From positions 28,396,001 through 28,460,000 of the forward strand of contig OX597815.1 of assembly GCA_951406725.2 (NCBI GenBank): DNA of 64,000 bases, written 5' to 3'. Source of the DNA: Octopus vulgaris (Eukaryota). Under the pieces are notes generated by a model. That model did no database searches and had not been told where the DNA came from. It worked only from the letters and a program-made list of their open reading frames with translations. A program made the position numbers and the translations under genes. Shown here one piece after another: positions 1 through 11,257 of this stretch. Numbering within the stretch: position 1 is the stretch's first letter; each line of letters begins with the position of its first letter.

Positions 1-112
1 GCTGATGATATATTCCCATCTGCACGAACTAATGTATTTTTATAAAGATGTTAAAATATGCATTTTCATTTCCATTTCCATTTCCATTTCTCAATATGCG
101 TTGCATGTGTAT

Positions 113-540
113 CATCATCGCTCTCATCATCATTGTCATTGGTTGGTAGCATCATTGTCATCATCATCATCACCACCACCACCACCACCACTACCACCAC
201 TACCACCACTACCAGCATCACTAGCATCATCACCAACACCATCATCACCAGCACTATCACCACCACCTCTGCTGCCACTACTGTTATCATCATCATCATC
301 ATCATCATTAGCATCATCGTCATCATCATCATCACCCTCATCATCACCCTCATCATCATCATCATCATCACCACAACCACCACCACCACCATCACCACCA
401 CCATCACCACCACCATCATCATCATCATCATCATCATAGTCATAGTCATCGTCATAACCCTCATCATCATCATCATCATCATCAGTAGCAGCAGCAGCAG
501 CAGCAGCAGCTGTGTCATTATCATTCAATCATCATCAATA
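113..540. repeat. Compound trinucleotide microsatellite (CAT/CAC/CAG)n
   Basis: Directly visible; explains the homopolymer ORFs at 5-597. Confidence 0.95.
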
Positions 541-1040
541 TCAAAATTGACAATTTTGGTGTTGGTTGGGTCTGTAAGACGGCATCCGTGTATTTAGATC
601 TCTCCCTGGAGGCTCAAGTCTCAAATATATATGCCTACACATACACACACACAAACACACAAACACACAACACAACACACACATGTCTGCATACACACAC
701 AAACACACACACACACACACACATGCATATACACGCACATACATATATAGTCATTTTTTTGTATTTCTTGGCATTTGTCAGTAAAAGATAGGCAAGCATA
801 AAATACTGCTGAATTCAGATGCGTAAGAAATTGGATATAGCATGTGTGAGAGCAATATGTTTCCTATGTAAGTTTATATATTATTCCTTCCCACGTTTAT
901 CTTCAGTCTTTAGCTTGTACTGGATTTCAGTATCACGATAATATCATTATGTATGAGTACCAGTGCATAAACATGCACGTTTTATGTTTATGTATATACA
1001 TCATCATCACCATTATCATCATCGTCATCATCATCATCAT

Positions 1041-1285
1041 CGTTTAACGTCCGCTTTCCATGCTAGCATGGGTTGGACAATTCGACTGAGGGCTGGCGAA
1101 CAGGATGGCTGCACCAGGCTCCAATCTTGACCTGGCAGAGTTTCTACAGCTGAATGCCCTTCCTAATGCCAACCACTCCGAGAGTGTAGTGGGTGCTTTT
1201 ACATGCCACCAGCACGGGGGCCAGTCAGGCAATACTGGCAACCACCTTGCTCGAATGTTTTTACATGTGCCAGTAAGGCGACAAA
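1041..1285 (-). mobile_element. RTE LINE 3'-UTR fragment with (GAT)n tail
   Basis: Reverse complement of 16900-17072, the tail of the RTE LINE at 15100-17072 (tccaacccatgctagcatgg..aacgatgatg). Confidence 0.8.
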
Positions 1286-1371
1286 TATATATCATGATGA
1301 TCATCATCATCGTCATCATGATGATCATCATCATCGTCGTCGTCGTCATCATCATAACCATCGTCATCATC

Positions 1372-1655
1372 ATTTAACGTCTACCTTCCTTCCATGCTGG
1401 CATGGGTTAGACGGTTTTACAGGAGCCAGCCAGGCAAGAACCTGCACCAGACTGCTGTGTCTGTTTTAGCATGGTTTTTTTTTTTATGGTTGGATGCCCT
1501 ACCTAGCATCAACCCCTCAGCAGAATGGACTGAGTACTTTTTACATGGCACAAGCACAGATGAGGTTGGTTTTGACATGGTTTTTACAGCTGGATGCCCT
1601 TCCAAACGTCAACCACTTTACCATGTGGATTGGATGCTTTGTACATGGCATCAGC
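1372..1655 (-). mobile_element. Older RTE 3'-tail copy
   Basis: ccatgctggcatgggtt...ggatgccct motifs, diverged. Confidence 0.65.
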
Positions 1656-1805
1656 ATATATATATGTGTATGAATATATGTATGTACATATATATGTTTG
1701 TATGCATGTATATATTTGTATGTGTGTATTCATCACCATCGGTGTTTAATGTCCAGTACTCTATGTTTGCATTTGTCAGGTGAATTTTGTTGCCTCAGAT
1801 TTTCT

Positions 1806-2100
1806 ACCCTGTCGTTGATGTTGAAATTGCAATGAAGGAACCTTGGATCTAGGTTAGAAACCAGCTCTTACTCTATTGGCAAAAAATTTTGAAATAAACT
1901 GAATAATGACATACATACATACATACATACATACACACACACATACATACATACATACATACATACATACATACATACACACAAACAAAAATACCCTGTT
2001 GTTGATGTTGAAATTTCAATGAAGGAACTTTGGATCTAGGTTAGAAACCGGTTCTTTCTCTATTGGCAAGAATTCTTGAAATAAACTGAATAATGACATA
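1806..2100 (+). repeat. Two ~107-bp direct repeat units (1806-1912, 1993-2100), each followed by (CATA)n; possibly Penelope-related
   Basis: accctgtYgttgatgttgaaatt...aataaactgaataatgacatac occurs twice. Confidence 0.85.
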
Positions 2101-2185
2101 CATACATACATACATGCATGTATGCATGTATGTATGTATGTATGTATGTATGTATGTATGTATGTATGTATGTATGTATGTATGT

Positions 2186-2242
<57 letters not shown>

Positions 2243-2751
2243 TACATATCTACCAAATCAACACATGAGGCTTTGGTTGGTCCACTGCTATAGATAAATA
2301 GATGAAGTGACCTGCCAAAGTTGCTTCGCAGTGGGACTGACTCCAAGACAATGTGAGTGGGAAGCAAACTTCCAACCACACAAGCAGTATATGTGTGAGT
2401 GCACTCAGTGTCTGAGCATGTATATAATGGGTAAGAATATGCCAGAAGCATAGAGACCAGATTGCTGCTGAAACCAGATCAAATTTCTAAAATCCAATGT
2501 CCTAATCATGAGAGATGTAATCTAGCTAAGCCAGAACTGGCTACAGAAAATGCACTGGTTGAGCTAATGAAATTAATGAAAATAAAGATAAAATAAAGAT
2601 AGAGAAGCAGTTTTTTTTTATGGCATCAAAGTATTTATAAATAAGTTATACAATTATGACTCCAAATATAATTAAGCTGATAGCAGGAAGTTAGTCTATG
2701 GTAGTCCTTCATAAGTAGCTAGATATCCAAGAAAATCGTTAGTGAAATGTG

Positions 2752-2791
<40 letters not shown>

Positions 2792-3007
2792 GAAAAGTTG
2801 CTATTTTGATTAAGACAAAACAGCCAACCTTTGTTTAAAATTCTATGTAAATGGAAATACGAATGTTCAACTTCCGGTTAGGTTTTAAACAAATTTTCCT
2901 TTGGTATTATATAGACTAGAATAGATTACAGCATGTATATGCAAGGTCAGAATAAAAATGGAGATTCAGTTGCAAATTTTTTCATTATTGCATCATAAAT
3001 TACATAA

Positions 3008-3105
3008 TCTTTACACATGTTTCGACTAGGGTATATTTGTATGCAATGCTGTAATTGTTATAGAGATGGTTGCATAATTACCTTATATGCCAAATCATCA
3101 GAAGA
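3008..3105 (-). ncRNA. Type I hammerhead ribozyme-like motif with long stem II
   Basis: Minus strand: UCUU-CUGAUGA-~70 nt-GAAACAUGUGU-A-AAGA; stem I UCUU/AAGA, self-complementary stem III, GUA site. Confidence 0.55.
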
Positions 3106-3430
3106 AACCCATATTTTATGCCATTGTTGGTTACCAACATTAGTTGGTGGATAGATATAAACTGACAACTACGAGTACATTTATTAGAGTTGTTGACACT
3201 AATGCCTACATCATGTTCGCCTGCAGACTTCTTAAGGTTGATGCTGCAAAAGGAATTGATAAATTCTAAGTTTTTACTCTCAAAGTATATGTGTGTATGA
3301 GTGTGGGTAAGCACAGACATAGATGTATTGATACAAAGGTTTGCTTCCTAGCCACATGATGATGATGATGTTGATGATATGATGGTGATATATATGTAGA
3401 TATAGATATATACATACATATATGTATGCG

Positions 3431-3789
3431 TCCCCAAAGTCCATCCCTTCCTCACTGTGGTGGGGACACTGGCAACGGGTAGTGTCAGAGCTATGCCGTC
3501 GGGAACTTCAGTTCCTGGTAGGGCCACCCAAGGCGGATTGGTCTGACACCAAGTGGTATTAGGGTCACAACCCGGCAGATGGGGCTCTGGTGAAAATCCT
3601 CGGAGTGTCTGTTTCGATCTGTCCCTGCATCTGCGGACAACCTGCAGCAAACAAGATGTCTCTACATGAGGGATTGTTGGGGACCGCTTGTGAAATCCAC
3701 ATATTCCCATGAAACTTCTTCTGCCTCGAGGGTGGTAGAAGAAGCCAACTCAATCTGCCCAGGGTGAATGTCGCCACAAGTACAAGTAA

Positions 3790-3793
<4 letters not shown>
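3431..3793 (+). mobile_element. Short GC-rich non-autonomous retroelement with RTE 5'-UTR-like body and (CAAGTA)n tail
   Basis: agagctatgccgtcggg..cctggtagggccacccaaggc resembles RTE/Rex3 5'-UTRs (from memory); tandem caagta tail. Confidence 0.5.
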
Positions 3794-3826
<33 letters not shown>

Positions 3827-3827
<1 letters not shown>

Positions 3828-4034
3828 TCTCTTTTATTTGTTTCAGTCATTTGACTGCGGCCATGCTGGAGCACTGCCTTTAGTCGAGCAAATCGGCCCC
3901 GGGACTTATTCTTTGTAAGCCCAATACTTATTCTATCGGTCTCTTTTGCCGAACCGCTAGTTGACGGGACGTAAACACACCAGCATCAGTTGTCAAACAA
4001 TGCTAGAGGGACAAACACAGACACACAAACATAT

Positions 4035-4070
<36 letters not shown>

Positions 4071-4231
4071 ATATATATGACAGGCTTCTTTTAGTTTCTG
4101 TCTACCAAATCCACTCACAAGGCATTGGTCGGCCCGAGGCTATAACAGAAGACACTTGCTCATGATGCCACGCAGTGGGACTGAACCCAAAACCATGTGG
4201 TTGGTAAGCAAGCTACTTACCACACAGCCAC
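3827..4231 (-). mobile_element. tRNA-derived CORE-type SINE with internal (TA/CA)n and CR1-like tail (family A)
   Basis: A box tggctgtgtgg, B box ggttcagtccc on the minus strand, CORE-like ttgagcaagtg; many copies in window. Confidence 0.85.
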
Positions 4232-5176
4232 AATTACTCTGGGTTACAAGAGATAGCCTGCCTCCCATTCATTCATGAGAAAAATATCGTTGAAAAGCGA
4301 GTGCTAAAATTCAAAACGGTTAAAGTGTATAGTAACATACAACTAGAAAAGCACTAGGATAGCACAGACCTCTGCCAAGCTGCTCATTTCCACCCATATA
4401 CACACAATGCTGCCAAAAGCATAACCTCCTTTGTAGGGGTAAAAAAAAATAACACACCCATATGATTTTAAGAAAAAAAATCCTTTTATTTTTCACACAG
4501 ACGGACAAACCAACGCCAATGAAAACATAACCTCCTTCCTTGGCGGAGGCAATAAGATGCTAAGATAATATAGTAATGTATTAAGATATATTAAATACAT
4601 TGTAATATAGGTGGGTATAGCAATTAAAACCAAAAAGATAAAAATTAATAAATGAGGGTGCAAAATAGTGCCTATAATTGTTAGAAATGTTTGCATGTAA
4701 TATGTACATGTGGATGAGCTATGTGTGTGCAAATAGATTTTAATTTAACATCAAACATGCTTCTTACAGTTAAAAATGCTAAAGAAAACTGAAAAAATTT
4801 GTTTTCTGTGGGTTAATAATTTAAGTGTTTTAGGGTTAAAAGTTAGTGCTTAACTTTGGTATAATAGTGTGAAGTATCAGTGAGATTAATTTGGTCCCTT
4901 GATAGAATACAGGTGAACTGAGGTATGCATTGCAGATGAAATGAAGTGTATGTAACTATGAGTACTTCTCAAATACATTAATAAGTCCCCAAGGAATTGA
5001 TGAAGATGACTCTAAGCAATTTTTTAAACCTGCTAGATATAGCAACCAAACCTGTCTCATAGCTCACCTTGTTTTTGAAATGAATGGTACATTAGATAAC
5101 TAAGTCTCAAATACTTTGCATCTAAAAATAGATGAAATGGTCACAGACAGACTATCTTTGATCATGGAGCTGCTTA

Positions 5177-5390
5177 AGGTGGTGAGCTGGCAGAATCATT
5201 AGCATGCCTGGCGAAATGTCTAATGGTGTTTCGTTTGTCGCTATGTTCTGAGTTCAAATTCCACTGAGGTCAACTTTGCGTCTCATCCTTTCGGGGTTGA
5301 TAAATTAAGTACCATTGAAACACTGGGGTCGATGTAATCAACTAGTCTCCTTCCCCTAAATTTCAGGCCTTGTGCCTTTAATATAAAGGA
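5177..5390 (+). mobile_element. tRNA-derived SINE (family B)
   Basis: gagctggcagaa...gagttcaaattcc...catcctttcggggt; copies at 28211, 30650, 63085. Confidence 0.85.
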
Positions 5391-5434
5391 TCATGGAGCT
5401 GCTTGATTAGAGACTAGAGAATAACATCAATATC

Positions 5435-5752
5435 TATACCCACAAGGGCAAACACAGAAGGGACAAACAAGGACAGACAACGGATTCTTTACTACCCCTC
5501 ACAAGGGTAAAGACAGACGAAATACCTATTTCTTTATTACCCAAGGGGTCAAACACAGAGGGGACAAACAAGGACAGACAAACGGATTAAGTCGATTATA
5601 TCAACCCCAGTGCGTAACTGGTACTTAATTTATCGACCCTGAAAGGATGAAAGGCAAAGTCGACCTTGGCGGATTTTGAACTCAGAACGTAAAGACAGAC
5701 AAAATACTGCTAAGCATTTCGCCCTGCGTGCTAATGTTTCTGCCAGCTCGCC
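5435..5752 (-). mobile_element. SINE family B with partially duplicated tail
   Basis: Reverse complement of the 63085-63308 copy; gggacaaacaaggacagaca occurs twice. Confidence 0.85.
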
Positions 5753-6027
5753 AACAATGAATTACCAAAAGTCAATTCAAGCCAAATGCCATAGAGGTGT
5801 TAATCTTGTACAGCTATTTTACTTCTACAGAAACCAAAGACATTTATAGTAAACAGAATTGGTAGAAGAATGAATTAGTTTATGGGAGAGATTGTAATAA
5901 AGTGTTTAGTTTCCTATTTCAGTGATAATACTCCTGATAATATTCCACAAACCCAGTGAAATGTATTAGAAGTGATCACTATTGAAATACTATAAGTGAG
6001 TGGCATCTGATACAGAGTGTTATGTTG

Positions 6028-6059
<32 letters not shown>

Positions 6060-6177
6060 GGTATTTGTCTTCCAACTGAGCCCTGATTAAATAGCTCTAG
6101 GATCAAATGTATTCTAACCTTAATCATTACACCTTTTTTTCAAGCATAATATATTTAGAACCATGCTGTAATTTTTT

Positions 6178-6496
6178 TTTTATTTATTTATGCGCCCTTT
6201 TCAATCCTAGTCAGGCTCATGGGCCTGGGTTCCCGGTTTCTGTGGTGTATGTGTTCCCCCCAGCTGGACGGGACACTAGTCCATCGCAGCATTACTCAAG
6301 AAACAAGAAGAAAGATTGAGAGAAAGTTGAGCGAAATAGTACAACAGGGGTCGCCACCACCCCCTGCCAGAGCCTTGTGGAGCTTTAAGTGTTTTCGCTC
6401 AATAAACACACACAATGCCCGGTCTGGAAATCGAAACCGCGATTCTCCGACCTCGAGTCCGCTGCCCTAATCACTGGGCCATTTTGCCTCCACATG
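6178..6496 (-). mobile_element. tRNA-derived SINE (family C), V-SINE-like central motif
   Basis: Minus strand tggcccagtgattagg..gtttcgatttcc head; ctgcgatggactagtgtcccgtccag; (TAAA)n tail. Confidence 0.65.
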
Positions 6497-7103
6497 CTAT
6501 AAATATATCCTTTATTTTCTAAAAAGGTAGAGTGTAATTGGTGGAGATATAGCTGTTGTTTCTTGCAAGGCAAGCAATCGCATAGAAGCTCACTGGCTTA
6601 ATACAAAGCATAAATATGCATGTTTGTGAATGTATGTTTGTATGTATGGATATATGTGTGTCTGCACATGTGGTTAAGTATTTGCTTGCCTTCATGGACA
6701 GAATGACTCTAAAGAATTCTTAGATTTACATACATGTCCATTAATTGTCTCTTCAAAAAAGATACATAAAATGCTTATAACCAGTAAACAATAAACAATA
6801 TATTATAAGACAATAGGAAACAAAGAATTTTACCATTTCTGTCTCACTTCCACATAGAAGATGCATGAATCAAGTCTACTGGGAGATGTTCTATTTATCA
6901 CCAAGATGTTCTAGACTTTGTGTCATTATCCTCATTATCATTGTCAGTTTTCTCTGTTGGCATGTATATAACAAGTCTGAGATATTGTTTTCCTCCAGCT
7001 GTCTTTCTTTTTTATATTGATTATTGCTCAAGTTTTATTTGGAGGGAAAGGATACAGTCAAGTCAAATGTATTTAGCTCTCTGTTATTATTTCTTTGACC
7101 TAC

Positions 7104-7142
<39 letters not shown>

Positions 7143-7149
7143 ATAATAT

Positions 7150-7216
7150 AATAATGAAATTATTCTATACAGTGCTCAGGTGCACCACAACTTGTCAAAA
7201 GTGCGTATAAAGCATA
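7150..7216 (-). mobile_element. CR1 LINE extreme 3' end
   Basis: Reverse complement of about 20690-20754. Confidence 0.8.
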
Positions 7217-7235
7217 TATATATATTTAATATAAC

Positions 7236-7492
7236 AAGAACATTACTACTCTATTACATGTAAATTCCTCACACTATGAGAGACTATTAAAGTCAAAACT
7301 ACCATAATAAATATACAGTGTACCAACAGCAAGGGAATGTAACTTAGAAGTTGCCGCCTAAAAACAGAATGTTTTTAGGAGGTGACTTCCAAGTTACATT
7401 CCCTCGCTGCCAGTACCCTGTATATTTATTATGGTAGTTTTGACTTTAAGAGTCCCTCACAGCATGAGGCATTTACGTGTAGTAATGCTCTT
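7236..7492. mobile_element. Fold-back (palindromic) MITE-like element
   Basis: ~125-bp imperfect arms around cctaaaaaca-gaa-tgtttttagg. Confidence 0.75.
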
Positions 7493-7879
7493 AATATAAT
7501 AAATGTAGTTCAAAGGGAATAATTATAAATTTTTCCCTTATATGGTTTTCACGCTGACTACTTGATAAATTCTTATATAGATTTTATCCTATATTTAATT
7601 TTAAATTTATATATATATATCATCACCATCATCATTTAATGTCTGCTCTCCATGCTGGCATGGGTTAGATGGTTCCAGTCTGATTTGGCGTGGTTTCTAT
7701 TGCAATATACAAAAGAATATTACAAGTCAAAGTTGTCAAATGTCTTGACAAACCTAATCAAACATACTTATAATAAATGCCATTGTGTATATTTTGGATA
7801 TTTTGTAGCATGTGAAGGGAGATAGCTCAAATAATTCTCCTTTGGTTTATTTGTATATCATCATCATCATCATCATCAT

Positions 7880-8070
7880 CGTTTAACATCCGCTTTCCAT
7901 GCTAGCATGGGCTGGACGTATGACTGAGGGCTGGCAAACCAGATGGCTGCATCAGACTCCAATCTTAATCTGGCAGAGTTTTTACAGCTGGATGCTCTTC
8001 CTAACGCCAACCACTCCGAGAGTGTAGTGGGTGCTTTTACGTGCCACCGGCACAGGACCAGTCAGGCAGC
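7880..8070 (-). mobile_element. RTE 3'-tail copy
   Basis: Closely similar to 1041-1230. Confidence 0.8.
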
Positions 8071-9549
8071 ACTATCACACATTGAAAATAACTTCTGCCT
8101 GTATGCATGCGTGTGTGTGTGTGTATGAGAGAGAGAGAGAGGAAGAGGGTGAGAGAGAGAATTTCCTCCTTAAAATCTCTCATGAGTCATCCACTAAATT
8201 TATATTACCTAAACTAAAAAAACAAGAAAAAAACACAAAAAAATAACAGTTCATTCTAGTCATTTGCATAAACAGGAGCCCAATCTTTTCATTGTCTAGA
8301 AGCGGAAAGTACTTCAAATTTGCATTAAATAGACAATCCAACATAGACAATTTACTAAATTGTATGTAGTTTCTTGATTTTAGGTTCCTGACTTTAAAAC
8401 TGGAAGATGCATTCCAGAAATATTTGCAGCTTCATTTTATTTTTGTTTTCAATACATTTAAGTAAGATAAACATGCTTCCATCATTATTGATGACACGGG
8501 TATGCTAGTATCACAATAGAAGCAAAAGTATTCAGAAGATGTCCAAGACAAGTAAATATTTATACTAGTTGTATGCTGTTTTATGCTTGGTTCCTTAATG
8601 CTATCTGTTGAATCCCTGCCAAATGTGATGGTGGGGTTCGGTAAAAGTGGAAGAGTACTGGACTAATTATTTTTGTTATTTTTGCATTTGTTGTCCTATT
8701 TTTGTTGAGGTGTACCATTATTTTCTTTTTTTTTCTCCTTAACAACTGATACCAGCTAACGCTGAATTCTGTTTAAGTACCATTGCACCCCTGTTAACAG
8801 GGATAAAAACAAAAGTCTCAAAATGACAGAAGATAAGCAAATAATAAGCAAAAGGAGAAACCAAAAGAGAAGGAAAGAAAAAGAAGAAAGAAGAAGAGCA
8901 AGCATTTCTCCACCACCCCCAACAAACTGCACCATCACCAAACCCCACTACCATCACCATTACTAGCTTCATCCATCAACCCCCAAAAGCAAGGAACTGA
9001 AAGAGATTGCTTCAAGAATTTTGTTAATGTTCTGTAGAAATTCTTTGCTTCTTTTCATTGTTTTCTTTTGTTATTTTTCCAACAAGAATTTTATTTTATT
9101 TATTTATGTATTTGTTTCCTTTCCTTGGCAATGGCTTAGGGTGCAAAATACTGATTCTTGATTGTGAATAGCAATTAATCCAGGGTATAATTAGACAGCT
9201 ATATGGAAGCACTTTATTTTTACACATTCTTGTCACACACAAGTATTACAGTTCATTTCTATACAACTTTGTTATATTTCCCTGTTACATAACTTTAACT
9301 TTGCTACAGAATTCATTGTTTCATTTCATCCATAAACAAATATATTATATACATTTGTTACACTTAATTGTTACACAACTTCCTTTCCCATTGACATTAC
9401 ACTTCGTAGTCATATAAATTTGTTACATTCTAGTGTTACACTTAGTTCTTTTGCAACATTTACACACATCTGTGTTACATTTGATTGTCACTTAATTTCA
9501 TCACAGTTTTGTATTACAGTATCATCATATAGTAATGTATGTTACACTA

Positions 9550-9887
9550 AAAAGGGTAAAGACCCCCTTCGGTCATGAACAACCATGGGATTGCACCTAG
9601 AACGTTACCCTCTGAGGTACAAAAAGAGGCAAGGTTGTTTATGGAAGACCAGCAGTTGCCCATGCATACCAGCCTCCCTTCTCCATACCACCGATATTAT
9701 CCTAGGGAAAGGCAAAAACTAATACAGCTTGGCACCAGTGACGTTGCAACTCATTTCTACAGCTGAGTAAACTGGAACAGTGTGAAATAAAGTGTCTTTC
9801 CCAAGAACACAACACAGAGCCTGGTCTGGGAATCAAACTCACTACCTCATGATTGTGGGCCCGATGCTCTAACCACTGAGCCATGTG
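9550..9887 (-). mobile_element. tRNA-derived SINE (family D)
   Basis: Minus strand tggctcagtggttagagc (A box), gagtttgattccc (B box), CORE-like cttgggaaagacactt. Confidence 0.75.
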
Positions 9888-9935
9888 TATTACAATACCA
9901 AAGTGACTAATTTTGTCACATGCTAATATATGCAA

Positions 9936-10425
9936 AGACCTGTTGAGGCAAGTGAAATCGAAATCAAACTAGGTGACTGGTATCTGTTGCTAGTGGAACG
10001 CTAAGAGTACCATATGAGTGAGATCGTTGCCAGAGCAACAAGCTGGCCTTCGTGCTGATGGCACTTTAAAAACACCATTCAAGCATGATCGTTACCTGCG
10101 TCGCCTTACTAGCACTTCTGCTGGTGGCACGTGAAAAAAAAATTCAAGCGAGATCGTTGCCAGTGCCGCTGGACTGGCTCCTGTGCAGGTGGCACATAAA
10201 ACACACCATTTGAACATGGCCATTGCCAGTACCACCTAACTGGCCCTCGTGCTGGTAGCACGTAAAAGCGTCCACTACACTCTCGTAGTGGTTGGCGTTA
10301 GGAAGGGCATCCAGTTGTAGAAACTCTGCCAGATCAGATTGGAGTCTGGTTCGCCAGACCTCAGTCAAATTGTCCAACCCATGCTAGCATGGAAAGTGGA
10401 CATTAAACGATGATGATGATGATGA
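9936..10425 (+). mobile_element. Long RTE 3'-UTR copy with internal sub-repeats
   Basis: Repeated gtggcacRtaaaa motifs, terminal catgctagcatgg..(GAT)n. Confidence 0.8.
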
Positions 10426-10924
10426 TTGTTACACAACTTTGTTGCACTCCATTATTACATGACTTTGTTAGAGTAGTGCATAACCAAAGGCATTCCAGCT
10501 GTGCCCATCCCATCTATTTTCAGAGAACCCAGACAGGATTATGTCCAGTTCATTCTTTTCTAAGATGGTGGGTATAATTTGAAAAACTTTAGACTGCTAT
10601 TTCTAGCACATTGAGTGATCATATAGATATATAATGAAAATTTACTAGATTAATAGAAGTACGGACTTACTTGTCAGTTTACCAATCTAGCTTACTTAAT
10701 TCCCTCTGAGATAATTTTATAAATTAGGTAAGCAGCAGTATATAAATAAGCATAAATTATCTCTAAAATGTGGAGTGATCAACATGGAATGTACAATGAT
10801 CAGCCTGGGATGATTGGTGGAAATTTTCATTTTGTACAGTAATGAAATGATATAAGTGATTGGAATGGATCTCAGGAACTAAGGATTTGCTAAGGTCAGT
10901 TAAGCTGAAATTGAGAAGAAAGAA

Positions 10925-11195
10925 TGGGGGTGGGGGTGGACGTCACAAGCTCCCAGACAGTTTATTAGTTTATTTTTTTTAATTTTTATTTTACTTTGCT
11001 TTACTCATTAGACTGTGGCCATGCTGTAGCACTGCCTTGAAGAATTTTAGTCAAGCGAATTGACCCTGGTACTTATTTTATCAGTCTCTTTTTGCTGGAC
11101 TGCTAGGTTACAGGGACGTAAACACACCAACACCAGTTTTCAATCAGCAGTGGAGGACAAACAGAGACACAAAGACACATACATACATACATACA

Positions 11196-11255
<60 letters not shown>
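10925..11255. repeat. Left arm of inverted duplication (unique DNA plus 3' half of a family A SINE)
   Basis: Reverse complement of 12500-12820, including non-SINE tcacaagctcccagacagttt. Confidence 0.9.

Positions 11256-11257
<2 letters not shown>

Noticed and set aside
5-597. Long ORFs with poly-S/P/T/I/D runs (also 47781-48278, 51660-52300, 60675-61343, 61765-62115)
   Set aside because: Translations of stop-free microsatellites; no protein motifs
5177-5270. tRNA-like A/B boxes at SINE heads (also near 4230, 6490, 9885)
   Set aside because: Continue into SINE bodies; no complete cloverleaf, so not tRNA genes
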